64,000 bases of DNA from Hyphomicrobiales bacterium. GTDB lineage: Bacteria > Pseudomonadota > Alphaproteobacteria > Rhizobiales > Aestuariivirgaceae. Positions 10,545-19,690 of the stretch are shown piece by piece. Below the pieces are notes generated by a model. That model had not been told where the DNA came from, made no database searches, and saw only the letters and a program-made list of their open reading frames with translations. The position numbers and the translations under genes were made by a program. Every line of letters starts with the position of its first letter. Positions within the stretch are counted from its first letter, which is position 1. The stretch lies in contig JANYHB010000035.1 of assembly GCA_025359265.1 (NCBI GenBank), forward strand, positions 58,084-122,083, read 5' to 3'.

Positions 10545-10985
10545 TCAGCCCTTCCACTTGCCTTGGGCCTTTAACTTTTCAACAATTTCCCTTGGCATGT
10601 ATTTTTCATCATGCTTGGCCAAAACAGAATCAGCGAGAAATGAGCCGTCGCCAGCAACGTTGCCTTCGGCCACCACGCCTTGGCCTTCACGGAATAAATC
10701 GGGCAAAAGGCCTTGGTATGAAACTTTCATGCTCTTTGTCATATCGGTAACGCTAAACGTCACCAATCCGCCCGGCAATTTAATCAGGCTGCCTGTTTCA
10801 ACCAAACCGCCCAGGCGCACGCGGGTGGTTGGGCCGAGATGCTTTTCAACCATTTCGCTGGGCGTATAGAAAAACACAATCGAGTCACGCATCGCAAACA
10901 GCACCAGCCCTACGGCCAACCCCAATAGACTAAGGGCGGCAAGAATTAAGGATAAGCGCGTTTGTTTGCGTGTCATCGGCTTCAT
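10545..10985 (-). CDS. ccmE: Cytochrome c maturation heme chaperone CcmE (CycJ)
   Basis: N-terminal TM, IVFFYTPSE, LPDLFREGQGVVAEG, LAKHDEKYMP heme-binding motif. Confidence 0.96.
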   Translation of the reverse strand: MKPMTRKQTRLSLILAALSLLGLAVGLVLFAMRDSIVFFYTPSEMVEKHLGPTTRVRLGGLVETGSLIKLPGGLVTFSVTDMTKSMKVSYQGLLPDLFREGQGVVAEGNVAGDGSFLADSVLAKHDEKYMPREIVEKLKAQGKWKG

Positions 10986-11088
10986 ATAGCCATTGTGTCT
11001 GCATTATGGAAATCCGCCTTGTCGCAGGGGGAATTTCAACGTCGGAAAGGCTTGGAGATAGCCTAGGCCCTCTGATAAAAGGCAAAGC

Positions 11089-12345
11089 ATGTTGAAGCCG
11101 CGCTATTCCATATTCTCGCTCGCTCGCAATGCGATGAACTATCACAAGGATTGGGAGCGCGCCTGGCGTTCACCCTCCCCCAAGGCGGAATATGATGCGG
11201 TGATCGTGGGGGCTGGCGGGCATGGCTTGGCCACCGCCTATTATCTCGCCAAGAATCACAAGATGACGAATATCGCCGTGGTGGAAAAAGGCTGGCTGGG
11301 CGGCGGCAACACCGGGCGCAACACCACGATCATTCGTTCCAATTATTTGCAGGATCCTTCCATCGCGATTTATGAATTGGCTCGCACACTCTACGAAGGC
11401 CTGTCGCAGGAACTTAATTACAATGTGATGTTCTCGCCGCGCGGGGTTTTAATGTTGTGTCAAACGCAGCATGAACTTCGTGCCTTCCAGCGCACGGCCC
11501 ATGCCAACCGCCTGGCGGGTCTTGATTGCCGCATGATCACACCTGCGGAAGTGAAAGAGATTGTGCCGATCATCAATGATGATCCAAATTGCCGCTATCC
11601 CATTTTAGGTGCCTACTATCAACCGCGCGGCGGCACGGGGCGCCATGATGCCGTGGCCTGGGGTTATGCGCGCGGTGCCGATGACATGGGCGTGGACATT
11701 ATCCAGAACTGCGAAGTGACGGGCATTCAGCGCGATGGCAATCAGGTTATGGGGTTGGAAACTTCGCGCGGTGTGATCAAGACGAAGAAAGTTGGCGTTG
11801 TCACCGCTGGCAATGTTTCCACGGTGATGGATATGGCCGGGGTTCGCATGCCGATTGAATCGCTGTGCTTGCAGGCGCTGGTGTCTGAACCTATCAAGCC
11901 TGTCATCGATTGCGTGGTCATGGCTAACACTGTGCATGGCTATATGAGCCAATCCGACAAAGGTGAACTCGTCATTGGCGGTGGCACTGATCCTTACAAT
12001 AATTACTCGCAGCGCGGCTCATTCGCCTCGCTGGAACACACGATCACGGCGTTGATCGAAACTTTCCCGATCATCTCCCGCCTGCGCATGTTGCGCCATT
12101 GGGGCGGCATTGTGGATATGACGGGTGATCGCTCACCCATCATTGGCAAAACGCCGGTTGATGGCCTTTACGTGAATTGCGGTTGGGGCACGGGTGGCTT
12201 CAAGGCCATACCTGGCTCTGGCTGGGTGTTCGCCGACACATTGGCCAATGACCGGCCACATAAAATTGCTGAAGCTTTTTCGATGGAGCGCTTTACCGAA
12301 GGGAGATTCATTGATGAATCTGTTGCCGCAGCGGTCGCGCATTAG
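11089..12345 (+). CDS. soxB: Heterotetrameric sarcosine oxidase-family beta subunit (operon 1)
   Basis: GAGGHGLATAYYLAK FAD motif, GGNTGRNTTIIRSNY, GWGTGGFKA. Confidence 0.93.
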   Translation: MLKPRYSIFSLARNAMNYHKDWERAWRSPSPKAEYDAVIVGAGGHGLATAYYLAKNHKMTNIAVVEKGWLGGGNTGRNTTIIRSNYLQDPSIAIYELARTLYEGLSQELNYNVMFSPRGVLMLCQTQHELRAFQRTAHANRLAGLDCRMITPAEVKEIVPIINDDPNCRYPILGAYYQPRGGTGRHDAVAWGYARGADDMGVDIIQNCEVTGIQRDGNQVMGLETSRGVIKTKKVGVVTAGNVSTVMDMAGVRMPIESLCLQALVSEPIKPVIDCVVMANTVHGYMSQSDKGELVIGGGTDPYNNYSQRGSFASLEHTITALIETFPIISRLRMLRHWGGIVDMTGDRSPIIGKTPVDGLYVNCGWGTGGFKAIPGSGWVFADTLANDRPHKIAEAFSMERFTEGRFIDESVAAAVAH

Positions 12346-12350
12346 GTTCA

Positions 12351-12497
12351 CGTCCTCGCCCGCTTGCGGGAGAGGACAGGGGCCCGCTTTGCTTCAGCAA
12401 AGTGGGAAAGGTGAGGGACCGAAGTCCACCACTTGCCCCTCACCAACCCCATGCCACGCACGGGGCCCCCTCCTCTCCCGCTTCGCGGGCGAGGACG
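12351..12497. repeat. Palindromic (REP/RPE/MITE-like) element with terminal inverted repeats
   Basis: Left CGTCCTCGCCCGCTTGCGGGAGAGG, right CCTCTCCCGCTTCGCGGGCGAGGACG; internal GGTGAGGG/CCCCTCACC pair. Confidence 0.75.
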
Positions 12498-12513
12498 AAT
12501 GGAGAGCATTCTA

Positions 12514-12861
12514 ATGTTATTAGTCACCTGCCCCGTGTGTCACGCTTCCGGCGATGAAACCGATTTTCATTTCGGTGGCCAGGCCCACGTGGCGCGACCT
12601 GCAACCAGCAATCCTGAAGGCATCAGTGATGAACAACAGCGTGAATATCTATTCACGCGCATCAACCCCAAAGGCCTGCATTTTGAGCGGGTGCGCTGTG
12701 ACCGCGGCTGTGGCAAGTGGTTTCACGCCGCGCGTGATACGATGACAATGGAATTCAAGGCCTTTTACGGCATCACTGAATTGCCGCCAGATCATGTGAT
12801 AAAGCAGGCCAAAGGTGCCTGGGCAGAATATTTTACAATGCGAATGAAGAAACAGAAATGA
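12514..12861 (+). CDS. soxD: Sarcosine oxidase-family delta subunit (operon 1)
   Basis: CPVC...CDRGCGKWFHAARDT zinc motif; GGAGAG RBS at 12501. Confidence 0.9.
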   Translation: MLLVTCPVCHASGDETDFHFGGQAHVARPATSNPEGISDEQQREYLFTRINPKGLHFERVRCDRGCGKWFHAARDTMTMEFKAFYGITELPPDHVIKQAKGAWAEYFTMRMKKQK

Positions 12862-15800
12862 CCGGAAAACCGTACCGCCTCACCGAAGGCGGCAGCCGCA
12901 TTGACCGCAATTCACGCATGACCTTCTCATTTGATGGCCGCGATGTGCAGGGCTTTGCCGGAGACACCGTGGCTTCCGCCGTGCTGGCTTCGGGCCAGAA
13001 AATATTTGGTCGCAGCTTCAAGTATCATCGCCCACGGGGTGTGGTGGGCTTGGGCTCCGAAGAAATGAACGCGCTGATCGGCGTTGGTGCCGATGCGCGG
13101 CATGAACCCAATTTGCGCGCCACGCAGGTGGAAATATTCGGCGGCATGGTCGCTGAAAGCCAGAACCGCTGGCCGTCTCTCACTTACGATATGGGCGCGA
13201 TCAATTCCAAACTCTCGCGCTTTATTCCCGGCGGCTTTTATTACAAGACATTCAAATGGCCACAGGCATTTTGGAAACATGTTTATGAACCCATCATACG
13301 CCGCGCCGCTGGTCTCGGACGGGCCGCGACGGGGTGCGATCCAGACACATATGAACACATGCACTTGCATTGCGATGTGTTGGTGGCAGGCGGTGGCTTG
13401 GCTGGCATTCTCGCCGCTGAGGCTGCTGCGAAAGCCGGTGCCCGTGTTGTGTTGATCGACGAAAACCCGGTGCTGGGCGGCATCGCTGATCTCACGGCTG
13501 GCATGATCAACGGCGAATGCGCTGCCGATTGGCTGAAGCCGACTGCTGATGCATTGCAGATGATGCCGAACATGCGTGTGCTTTCGCGCACAACCGTTGT
13601 GGGCCATTATCATCATAATTATCTGATGGCGCATGAACGTGTGGGTGATCACGACCCGGCGTTATTGGCGGCGGGTGCGCCGCGCCAACGCAAATGGAAA
13701 ATCCGTGCCAAGCGTGTGATTATGGCCACGGGCGCAATTGAGCGGCCCATTGCCTTTGCAAACAACGACCGCCCCAACATTATGTTGGCCTCAGCCGCGC
13801 GTGGTCTGATCAGTCGCTATGGGGTTTCGCCCGGCACGCAAGGGATTGTGTTCACCAATAATGATGATGCCTATCTCACGGCTTTCGCTTTGCAGAAGGC
13901 GGGCGTGAATGTGCAGATTGTTGATAGCCGTGCGCGGCCTGATGGTGATCTGGTAAAACGCGCGCAAGAAGAAGGCATTCCCGTTTCGCTGTCATCAGTC
14001 ATTTCCGCCGTTGCAGGCACGCAAGCGGTGAGAGCCGTCAAAATCGCCGCCTACCGCAAAGGCCAGGGCCGCGTAATCACTGAGCGTAAAGTGGATTGTG
14101 ATTTTATCGCCATGTCGGGGGGATGGAACCCCGCACTGCATCTCTGGGCCCATAACGGCGGAAAAATCAGGTTTGATGATTCACTACAGAGCTTCCGTCC
14201 TGATACGCACCCAGACGCGATCACAGCCGTGGGCGCTGCAAACGGCACGATGAGTGTTGCCGAAACCATTTCTGAAGCGCAGGCCGCAGGTGAAGTGGCG
14301 GCGAAATCTGTTTTGAAAAAAGCCAAGGCCGCTAAGCCTGCGAAGATTGAAGTGAAAGAGCCGAAACGTGGCGCGTTGGAACCGCTCTGGTTTGCGCCGG
14401 CAACCGGGCATTATAACGAAGGCAACAAGCATTTCATTGATTTCCAAAACGACGTCACCGTGGCTGATCTCGAACTGGCGCAACGCGAGGGCTATGAAAG
14501 TGTGGAGCACACCAAGCGCTACACTACGTTAGGCATGGCCACTGATCAGGGCAAAACCTCAAACCTCAACGGGCTTGGCGTTCTCGCTGAAGCCACGGGC
14601 AAAACGATCCCTGAAATCGGCGTCACCACATTCCGCCCGCCCTATACGCCATATTCCTTCGGCGCGATTGCTGGCGCTTTGACCAATGATTTGTTCCTGC
14701 CCGTCAGGCGCACCGCCGTGTTTCAATGGCACACAGACCAAGGTGCCACGTGGGAGCCTGTGGGCCAATGGCGGCGCGCTTACACCTATACAGGTGTTGG
14801 CGAAGAAAAGCACCAGTCGATCACCCGCGAAATCCTCAGTGTACGGAATAAGGTGGGGCTGCTGGATGCTTCAACACTCGGAAAAATCGAAATCAAAGGG
14901 CCGGATGCGGCAGAATTCCTTGACCGCATATATACCAACACCTTCTCAACTTTGAAGGTGGGTCGCTGCCGCTACGGCTTGATGATGAATGAGTTGGGAT
15001 TTCTGAGTGATGACGGCGTTACCGTGCGTTTGGGCGAGGATCACTTTCTTATGCACACCACATCAGGTGGTGCAGACCGCATTGCCGCCTGGCTGGAAGA
15101 ATGGCTGCAAACCGAGTGGACGCAGTACAAGGTGTTTGTAACCCCCGTCACTGAGCAGTGGTCGCAATTTGCGTTGGCTGGGCCACAGGCGCGGGAGGTA
15201 TTGGAAAAGCTGGAGCCGGATTTCGAAATCACCAACGAAGCCTTCCCGCATATGAGTTTCAAGATCGGCAAGCTCGGCGGTTTTCCGGTTCGGGTTTACC
15301 GCATCTCTTTCTCGGGTGAGTTGTCTTACGAAATCGCCGCGCCCGCTGGCTATGGTCTTTCATTGTGGCAGGCAATCATGGAAGCAGGAGCCGAATTCGG
15401 CATTGGACCCTATGGCACCGAGGCGCTGCACGTGCTGCGGGCTGAAAAAGGCTACATCGTTATCGGAGATGAGACTGACGGCACAACAACACCGGATGAT
15501 GTTGGCATGGCCGGCATGGTTTCAAAAAAGAAGACTGACTTTCTGGGCAAGCGTTCCTTGGAACAGTCGGAATTGAAGCGTGACGGCCGCAAACAACTGG
15601 TGGGATTGTTGACCGAAGAGCCGAACGACATTCTCCCCGATGGTGCTCACGCCGTGGCCGACCTCAAGGATAAGCCGCCGATGAAGATGATTGGTCATGT
15701 CACGTCCAGTTATATGTCTCCCTCACTGGGTCGTTCCATCGCCATGGCCTTGATTGAGAACGGCCGTGCACGCATGGGTGAAACCATTGCCTTCCCCCTT

Positions 15801-15878
15801 GCAGGCGGCAAAGTGATGAAAGCTAAAATCATCGGCACGGTTTTCTATGACAAGGATGGAGGGCGCATAAATGCTTGA
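12858..15878 (+). CDS. soxA: Sarcosine oxidase-family alpha subunit (operon 1)
   Basis: GRSFKYHRPRG, HTKRYTTLGMATDQGKTSN, GcvT-like folate-binding C-terminal domain. Confidence 0.94.
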   Translation: MTGKPYRLTEGGSRIDRNSRMTFSFDGRDVQGFAGDTVASAVLASGQKIFGRSFKYHRPRGVVGLGSEEMNALIGVGADARHEPNLRATQVEIFGGMVAESQNRWPSLTYDMGAINSKLSRFIPGGFYYKTFKWPQAFWKHVYEPIIRRAAGLGRAATGCDPDTYEHMHLHCDVLVAGGGLAGILAAEAAAKAGARVVLIDENPVLGGIADLTAGMINGECAADWLKPTADALQMMPNMRVLSRTTVVGHYHHNYLMAHERVGDHDPALLAAGAPRQRKWKIRAKRVIMATGAIERPIAFANNDRPNIMLASAARGLISRYGVSPGTQGIVFTNNDDAYLTAFALQKAGVNVQIVDSRARPDGDLVKRAQEEGIPVSLSSVISAVAGTQAVRAVKIAAYRKGQGRVITERKVDCDFIAMSGGWNPALHLWAHNGGKIRFDDSLQSFRPDTHPDAITAVGAANGTMSVAETISEAQAAGEVAAKSVLKKAKAAKPAKIEVKEPKRGALEPLWFAPATGHYNEGNKHFIDFQNDVTVADLELAQREGYESVEHTKRYTTLGMATDQGKTSNLNGLGVLAEATGKTIPEIGVTTFRPPYTPYSFGAIAGALTNDLFLPVRRTAVFQWHTDQGATWEPVGQWRRAYTYTGVGEEKHQSITREILSVRNKVGLLDASTLGKIEIKGPDAAEFLDRIYTNTFSTLKVGRCRYGLMMNELGFLSDDGVTVRLGEDHFLMHTTSGGADRIAAWLEEWLQTEWTQYKVFVTPVTEQWSQFALAGPQAREVLEKLEPDFEITNEAFPHMSFKIGKLGGFPVRVYRISFSGELSYEIAAPAGYGLSLWQAIMEAGAEFGIGPYGTEALHVLRAEKGYIVIGDETDGTTTPDDVGMAGMVSKKKTDFLGKRSLEQSELKRDGRKQLVGLLTEEPNDILPDGAHAVADLKDKPPMKMIGHVTSSYMSPSLGRSIAMALIENGRARMGETIAFPLAGGKVMKAKIIGTVFYDKDGGRINA

Positions 15879-16461
15879 GCCGCGTTTTGAAAGTGCGCTT
15901 GCCCTGCGAGGTGAGCCCACAACCACTTATGTTTCCATGCGCGAAATTACCACACGCGGAATGATTGATCTGCGTGGGCTGACGAGCGATCGCAAGTTCA
16001 TGGCTGCCGCGAAAGCGGTGTTGGGCTTTGATCTGCCCAAAGCGCCGCGCACATCAAACAGTTTCGGTGATGTGAAAGTGCTGTGGCTTTCGCCAGATCA
16101 ATGGCTTGTTCTTTGTGCGCGGGAGAAAGCCCCAAGCCTTGCCGCTGAATTTGCAAAGGCCACAGAAAATACTCACGCGCTGGCTGTGGATGTTTCAGAC
16201 ATGCGCAGTATTATCCGCATCGAAGGCGAAGGTTCCCGCGAAGTGATGATGAAGGGATGCTCGCTGGATTTCACCGATGCAGATTTCACACCCGGTTATG
16301 TGCGCCGCGTGCGCTTTGCCGAAATTGCCGCGCTGTTCACCATTGTGGATGCCAGCACCATTGATCTCTATGTTTTCCGTTCATATGCCAATTATGCGTG
16401 GGATTTCCTGCTAAAAGCCGCCCGCAAGGGCAGCGAAGTTGGGTTGTTCAACGGTCGCTAA
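15871..16461 (+). CDS. soxG: Sarcosine oxidase-family gamma subunit (operon 1)
   Basis: VLWLSPDQWLV, YVFRSYANYAWDFL; overlaps the soxA stop. Confidence 0.9.
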   Translation: MLEPRFESALALRGEPTTTYVSMREITTRGMIDLRGLTSDRKFMAAAKAVLGFDLPKAPRTSNSFGDVKVLWLSPDQWLVLCAREKAPSLAAEFAKATENTHALAVDVSDMRSIIRIEGEGSREVMMKGCSLDFTDADFTPGYVRRVRFAEIAALFTIVDASTIDLYVFRSYANYAWDFLLKAARKGSEVGLFNGR

Positions 16462-16476
16462 TATTTGGATGTGCCT

Positions 16477-17364
16477 ATGGTAGTAGTCAAAGGAGCAACA
16501 CATCACTGGTGGCCTACCACGCTGCAAGGCTGTTGGATTAATTCCGAAAGTGGTATCAACAGGCTAATTAATGGTTCTAAAGTTGTTTCTGTCGGTTTGG
16601 GAGCTAGCGGCGGAGTTAGCGATGGACACAATGTCAATCTGCCTGACGGCTGGGCATATAGTTTTGAACCTGACTTCCATGAGGCAGATGATTGCGTTCA
16701 CAGAGTTGTGCCTTATGTACAGCAACAAGTGCGATCAATGGTTGAAAACTCTGTCCATGGCCAACTCAAGGCAATTGAAGAAAATTCTGCAATTTGCAAC
16801 GACTTGGGCAGTATTGTGTCCGGCCTGCTTGTTCGCAACCCAAGAACAAGGAGAGCTGTACAGCTTACGGTGAATGACTTGCGGTCTGACGAAATGCAAA
16901 TCGGGTCGCGAGATGCGTTGATAGCTATGAACCTTGCAAATCGTCATATCCCTCTTTCAAGTTGGCTCGGCCGCTTCGGCAACTTTCTGTTCATTCAATC
17001 AACGGAAAGCGAGTTCGTTTTCGGCGATGGGATTTATAGCAACATCGATACCCGCATGCCTGGCAACAGCAACTGTTTCGCATTTGTTGCGCTTGCGCCA
17101 GATACGATGGTTTTGTGTTCCAACTTAAATGGACATGTTTACGAGAGTAGACTCAATTGCATTTTTGCAACGGAAGATTTTGTCGAGAAAGTTAACCGTG
17201 CGACTATAGAATACTCCATACGCGAAGTCTTTTTTCGATCTCAAAAACCTATTTTAAAGCCGGGTGATCTAAATGGAGTGGTCCGCCAATATCAGTATCA
17301 CAAGCATCCCTACTTCCAGTCTTTTCTGTATCGATTGAGTCAACGACAGACAGTTTTTTCTTAG
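16477..17364 (+). CDS. Hypothetical protein, DUF4238-like
   Basis: N-terminal HHWWP resembles the DUF4238 HH.VP motif; EFVFGD and VEKVNRA resemble its later blocks; visibly AT-richer than the flanks. Confidence 0.5.
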   Translation: MVVVKGATHHWWPTTLQGCWINSESGINRLINGSKVVSVGLGASGGVSDGHNVNLPDGWAYSFEPDFHEADDCVHRVVPYVQQQVRSMVENSVHGQLKAIEENSAICNDLGSIVSGLLVRNPRTRRAVQLTVNDLRSDEMQIGSRDALIAMNLANRHIPLSSWLGRFGNFLFIQSTESEFVFGDGIYSNIDTRMPGNSNCFAFVALAPDTMVLCSNLNGHVYESRLNCIFATEDFVEKVNRATIEYSIREVFFRSQKPILKPGDLNGVVRQYQYHKHPYFQSFLYRLSQRQTVFS

Positions 17365-17391
17365 AACTAGATTTGCGGACAGTGGCGCGCT

Positions 17392-18261
17392 TCAATTCAA
17401 CTGTTCCCACCAGGCAAACAGCTTGTCGAACCCGCCGAACGGATAAAGATGCGGGGCGGCAATTTTCAACTCGGGTTTTTCGAAATGAAGTTTGGCGAGT
17501 TGTTCCACAAATTCTGTCGGTTCTGACACGGTCAACAACTTGGTGATATTGAGTGCTTGCTTGCGGATAAAACGTGCTGAATGCCCCACCCCGCAAAGGG
17601 CTGCATAACGCACCAGTGTTTTCAAACTTGCAGGCCCCGGAATGCCCACGTGCAAGGGCAAATCAATTCCTGCTTCGCGCAAACCCTTGGCCCAAAACGC
17701 CAGTGGCTCTGCGTCAAACAAGAACTGCGTGGCGATAAAACCGTCGATGTTTTTTTCTTTCAGCCAAGCCTGCTTTTTTTTCAACGCCGTTAACAACGCG
17801 GCCTCGCCATGCATTTTGGATATATCCGAATTGCCTTCTGGGTGCCCGGCGATGCCAATGCGCGTGATGCCGTGGGCCTCCAACAAGCCCGTCTCCATCA
17901 ACTGAATGGCCGCATCAAATTTTCCAATTGGCTGCGGCGCACCACCGCCGAGCGCGAGAATTTGCGTAACGCCGAATTTCGCAAAAGCCGCCAGCCGCGT
18001 TTTCAAATCCTCTTCATCGCGCACAAACCGTGCGGGTAGATGGGGGATCGCCTGAAAATCTGATTGTTGAAGCGCGCCAGCAAGACTGATCTGCCCCGCA
18101 ACATCATTCGCATCGAGCAACGCAATGAAAACTTTGGTTCCTTTCGCCAGGTGTTGCTGGAGTATAGGAAGTTTGTCGATTTGCTTTGCCGTCACTTCAA
18201 CAGAGGCAAGGTTCAGAAATGCCGCAGTCGGTTTTTTGGTTTCCAGGGCGGCGTGCAACAT
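17392..18261 (-). CDS. metF: Methylenetetrahydrofolate reductase (MetF-family)
   Basis: SVEVT, AIPHLPAR, LALGGG, IGIAGHPEG, IATQFLFD, GIPGP. Confidence 0.8.
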   Translation of the reverse strand: MLHAALETKKPTAAFLNLASVEVTAKQIDKLPILQQHLAKGTKVFIALLDANDVAGQISLAGALQQSDFQAIPHLPARFVRDEEDLKTRLAAFAKFGVTQILALGGGAPQPIGKFDAAIQLMETGLLEAHGITRIGIAGHPEGNSDISKMHGEAALLTALKKKQAWLKEKNIDGFIATQFLFDAEPLAFWAKGLREAGIDLPLHVGIPGPASLKTLVRYAALCGVGHSARFIRKQALNITKLLTVSEPTEFVEQLAKLHFEKPELKIAAPHLYPFGGFDKLFAWWEQLN

Positions 18262-18295
18262 TGTTTGAACATGCCAACGCGAGATAAAAGCCGAA

Positions 18296-18389
18296 TGTCG
18301 CTTAACGACAAGAGTGGTTTTCTAGCGACAATTAGCGGGGGTAACTGTCGTTTTTTAACTGCCTAATGACGGTCTTGCCTTAGGTGTCG
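18296..18389. promoter_or_regulatory. Cluster of TGTCG motifs between the divergent metF and regulator genes
   Basis: TGTCGC-N8-AA at 18296-18311, GCGACA at 18325-18330, TGTCG at 18346 and 18385. Confidence 0.45.
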
Positions 18390-18423
18390 GTTTTGGAGCA
18401 TGGTGTCGTTTCAGGAGATTCAC

Positions 18424-19407
18424 ATGTTCGGCGATAAACCTTCCACTCTGCCGCAAACGGTTGCCTTGGTTTTGGTACCGGAGTTCACGATGATGCCGGT
18501 TACAGCGGCGATTGAGCCTTTGCGCATCGCCAATCGCCTGTCCGAGCAAAACCTTTATCGCTGGACTTTGCATTCCTTGAATGGCCAGCCCGTTGCCGCA
18601 TCAAATGGCATCCTCACCATGGTGAATGGCGATCTTGAAACCATAACTCCTGAAGCCAGCATTATCGTTTGCGGGGGGCTCAGCATCCAACGCAACACTG
18701 ATAAGCGCATGCTCAGCTGGCTGCGCAAAGTGGCGCGGCGGGGCGCACAAATTGGTGCGGTTTGCACCGGGGCACACATTCTTGCTGAAGCCGGATTGCT
18801 GGATGGTTATCGCTGCACCATACATTGGGAAAATCTGCCAGGTTTTTCGGAAGCCTTTCCTGATCTCAAAGCCACCGGAGGTCTCTTTGAAATTGATGGC
18901 GACCGCTTCACCAGTGCAGGCGGCACCACGGCGATTGACATGATGTTAACGATGATAGCCAGTCAGCATGGCCCGGATTTGGCGGCCTCCGTGGCCGAGG
19001 CCATCTTGCATTCGCCCATTCGCCACCACAGTGAAAATCAACGCATGTCTTTGCCGGCACGCATTGGCGCGCGGCATCCGAAGTTGGTTTCCATCATTGA
19101 AAAAATGGAAGCTAATTTGGAAGATCCCCTGTCGCCAAGTTTGCTGGCTAAACAAGCGTCACTTTCAACGCGTCAGTTAGAGCGGCTGTTTCGGCGTTAT
19201 CTTGATCGTTCGCCCAAGCGCTATTATCTGGAACTTCGCCTTAAAAAATCGCGCTCATTGCTTTTGCAAACCGATATGTCAGTGATCAATGTGGCGCTGG
19301 CTTGCGGGTTTTCTTCGCCGTCGCATTTTTCAAAGTGCTACCGCGGCTATTATGGCCGCACACCTTACCGCGAACGTGGGCTGCCACTCCAGCAAGCGGC
19401 GGCATAG
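18424..19407 (+). CDS. GlxA-family AraC regulator (GbdR-like; DJ-1/PfpI plus AraC HTH)
   Basis: AAIEPLRIANRL, GAVCTGAHILAEAGLLDGYRCTIHWEN, ALACGFSSPSHFSKCYR. Confidence 0.9.
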   Translation: MFGDKPSTLPQTVALVLVPEFTMMPVTAAIEPLRIANRLSEQNLYRWTLHSLNGQPVAASNGILTMVNGDLETITPEASIIVCGGLSIQRNTDKRMLSWLRKVARRGAQIGAVCTGAHILAEAGLLDGYRCTIHWENLPGFSEAFPDLKATGGLFEIDGDRFTSAGGTTAIDMMLTMIASQHGPDLAASVAEAILHSPIRHHSENQRMSLPARIGARHPKLVSIIEKMEANLEDPLSPSLLAKQASLSTRQLERLFRRYLDRSPKRYYLELRLKKSRSLLLQTDMSVINVALACGFSSPSHFSKCYRGYYGRTPYRERGLPLQQAAA

Positions 19408-19690
19408 TTTGGGGAGCGAACCCTAAAGGCCCGCTCCCCCGGCCTGCGTTCTCTGCGACTGGGGGCAGTAAACAGAAAAGCGGCCGATTCAAATTATACA
19501 ATCTTTAGTTGCTGCAGTGTGGAAAACGGACAAAAACCCCGATCAATGCCGCCGTCAAGGTGTTTTTATTTACACTGTAAACTAAGGTTTGACATGGATA
19601 ATTTTCAGCCAAACTGAATATTGTAAAGAGAACAACCATAACACCATGTTCAATTCATAGTACAATCTATGATTGAGTATCATATTGCAA

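Noticed and set aside
19500-19620. Replication origin or dif site in the AT-rich spacer
   Set aside because: Only one good DnaA box plus one 7/9 match, no hemE/parAB context and no XerC/XerD-like 28-mer
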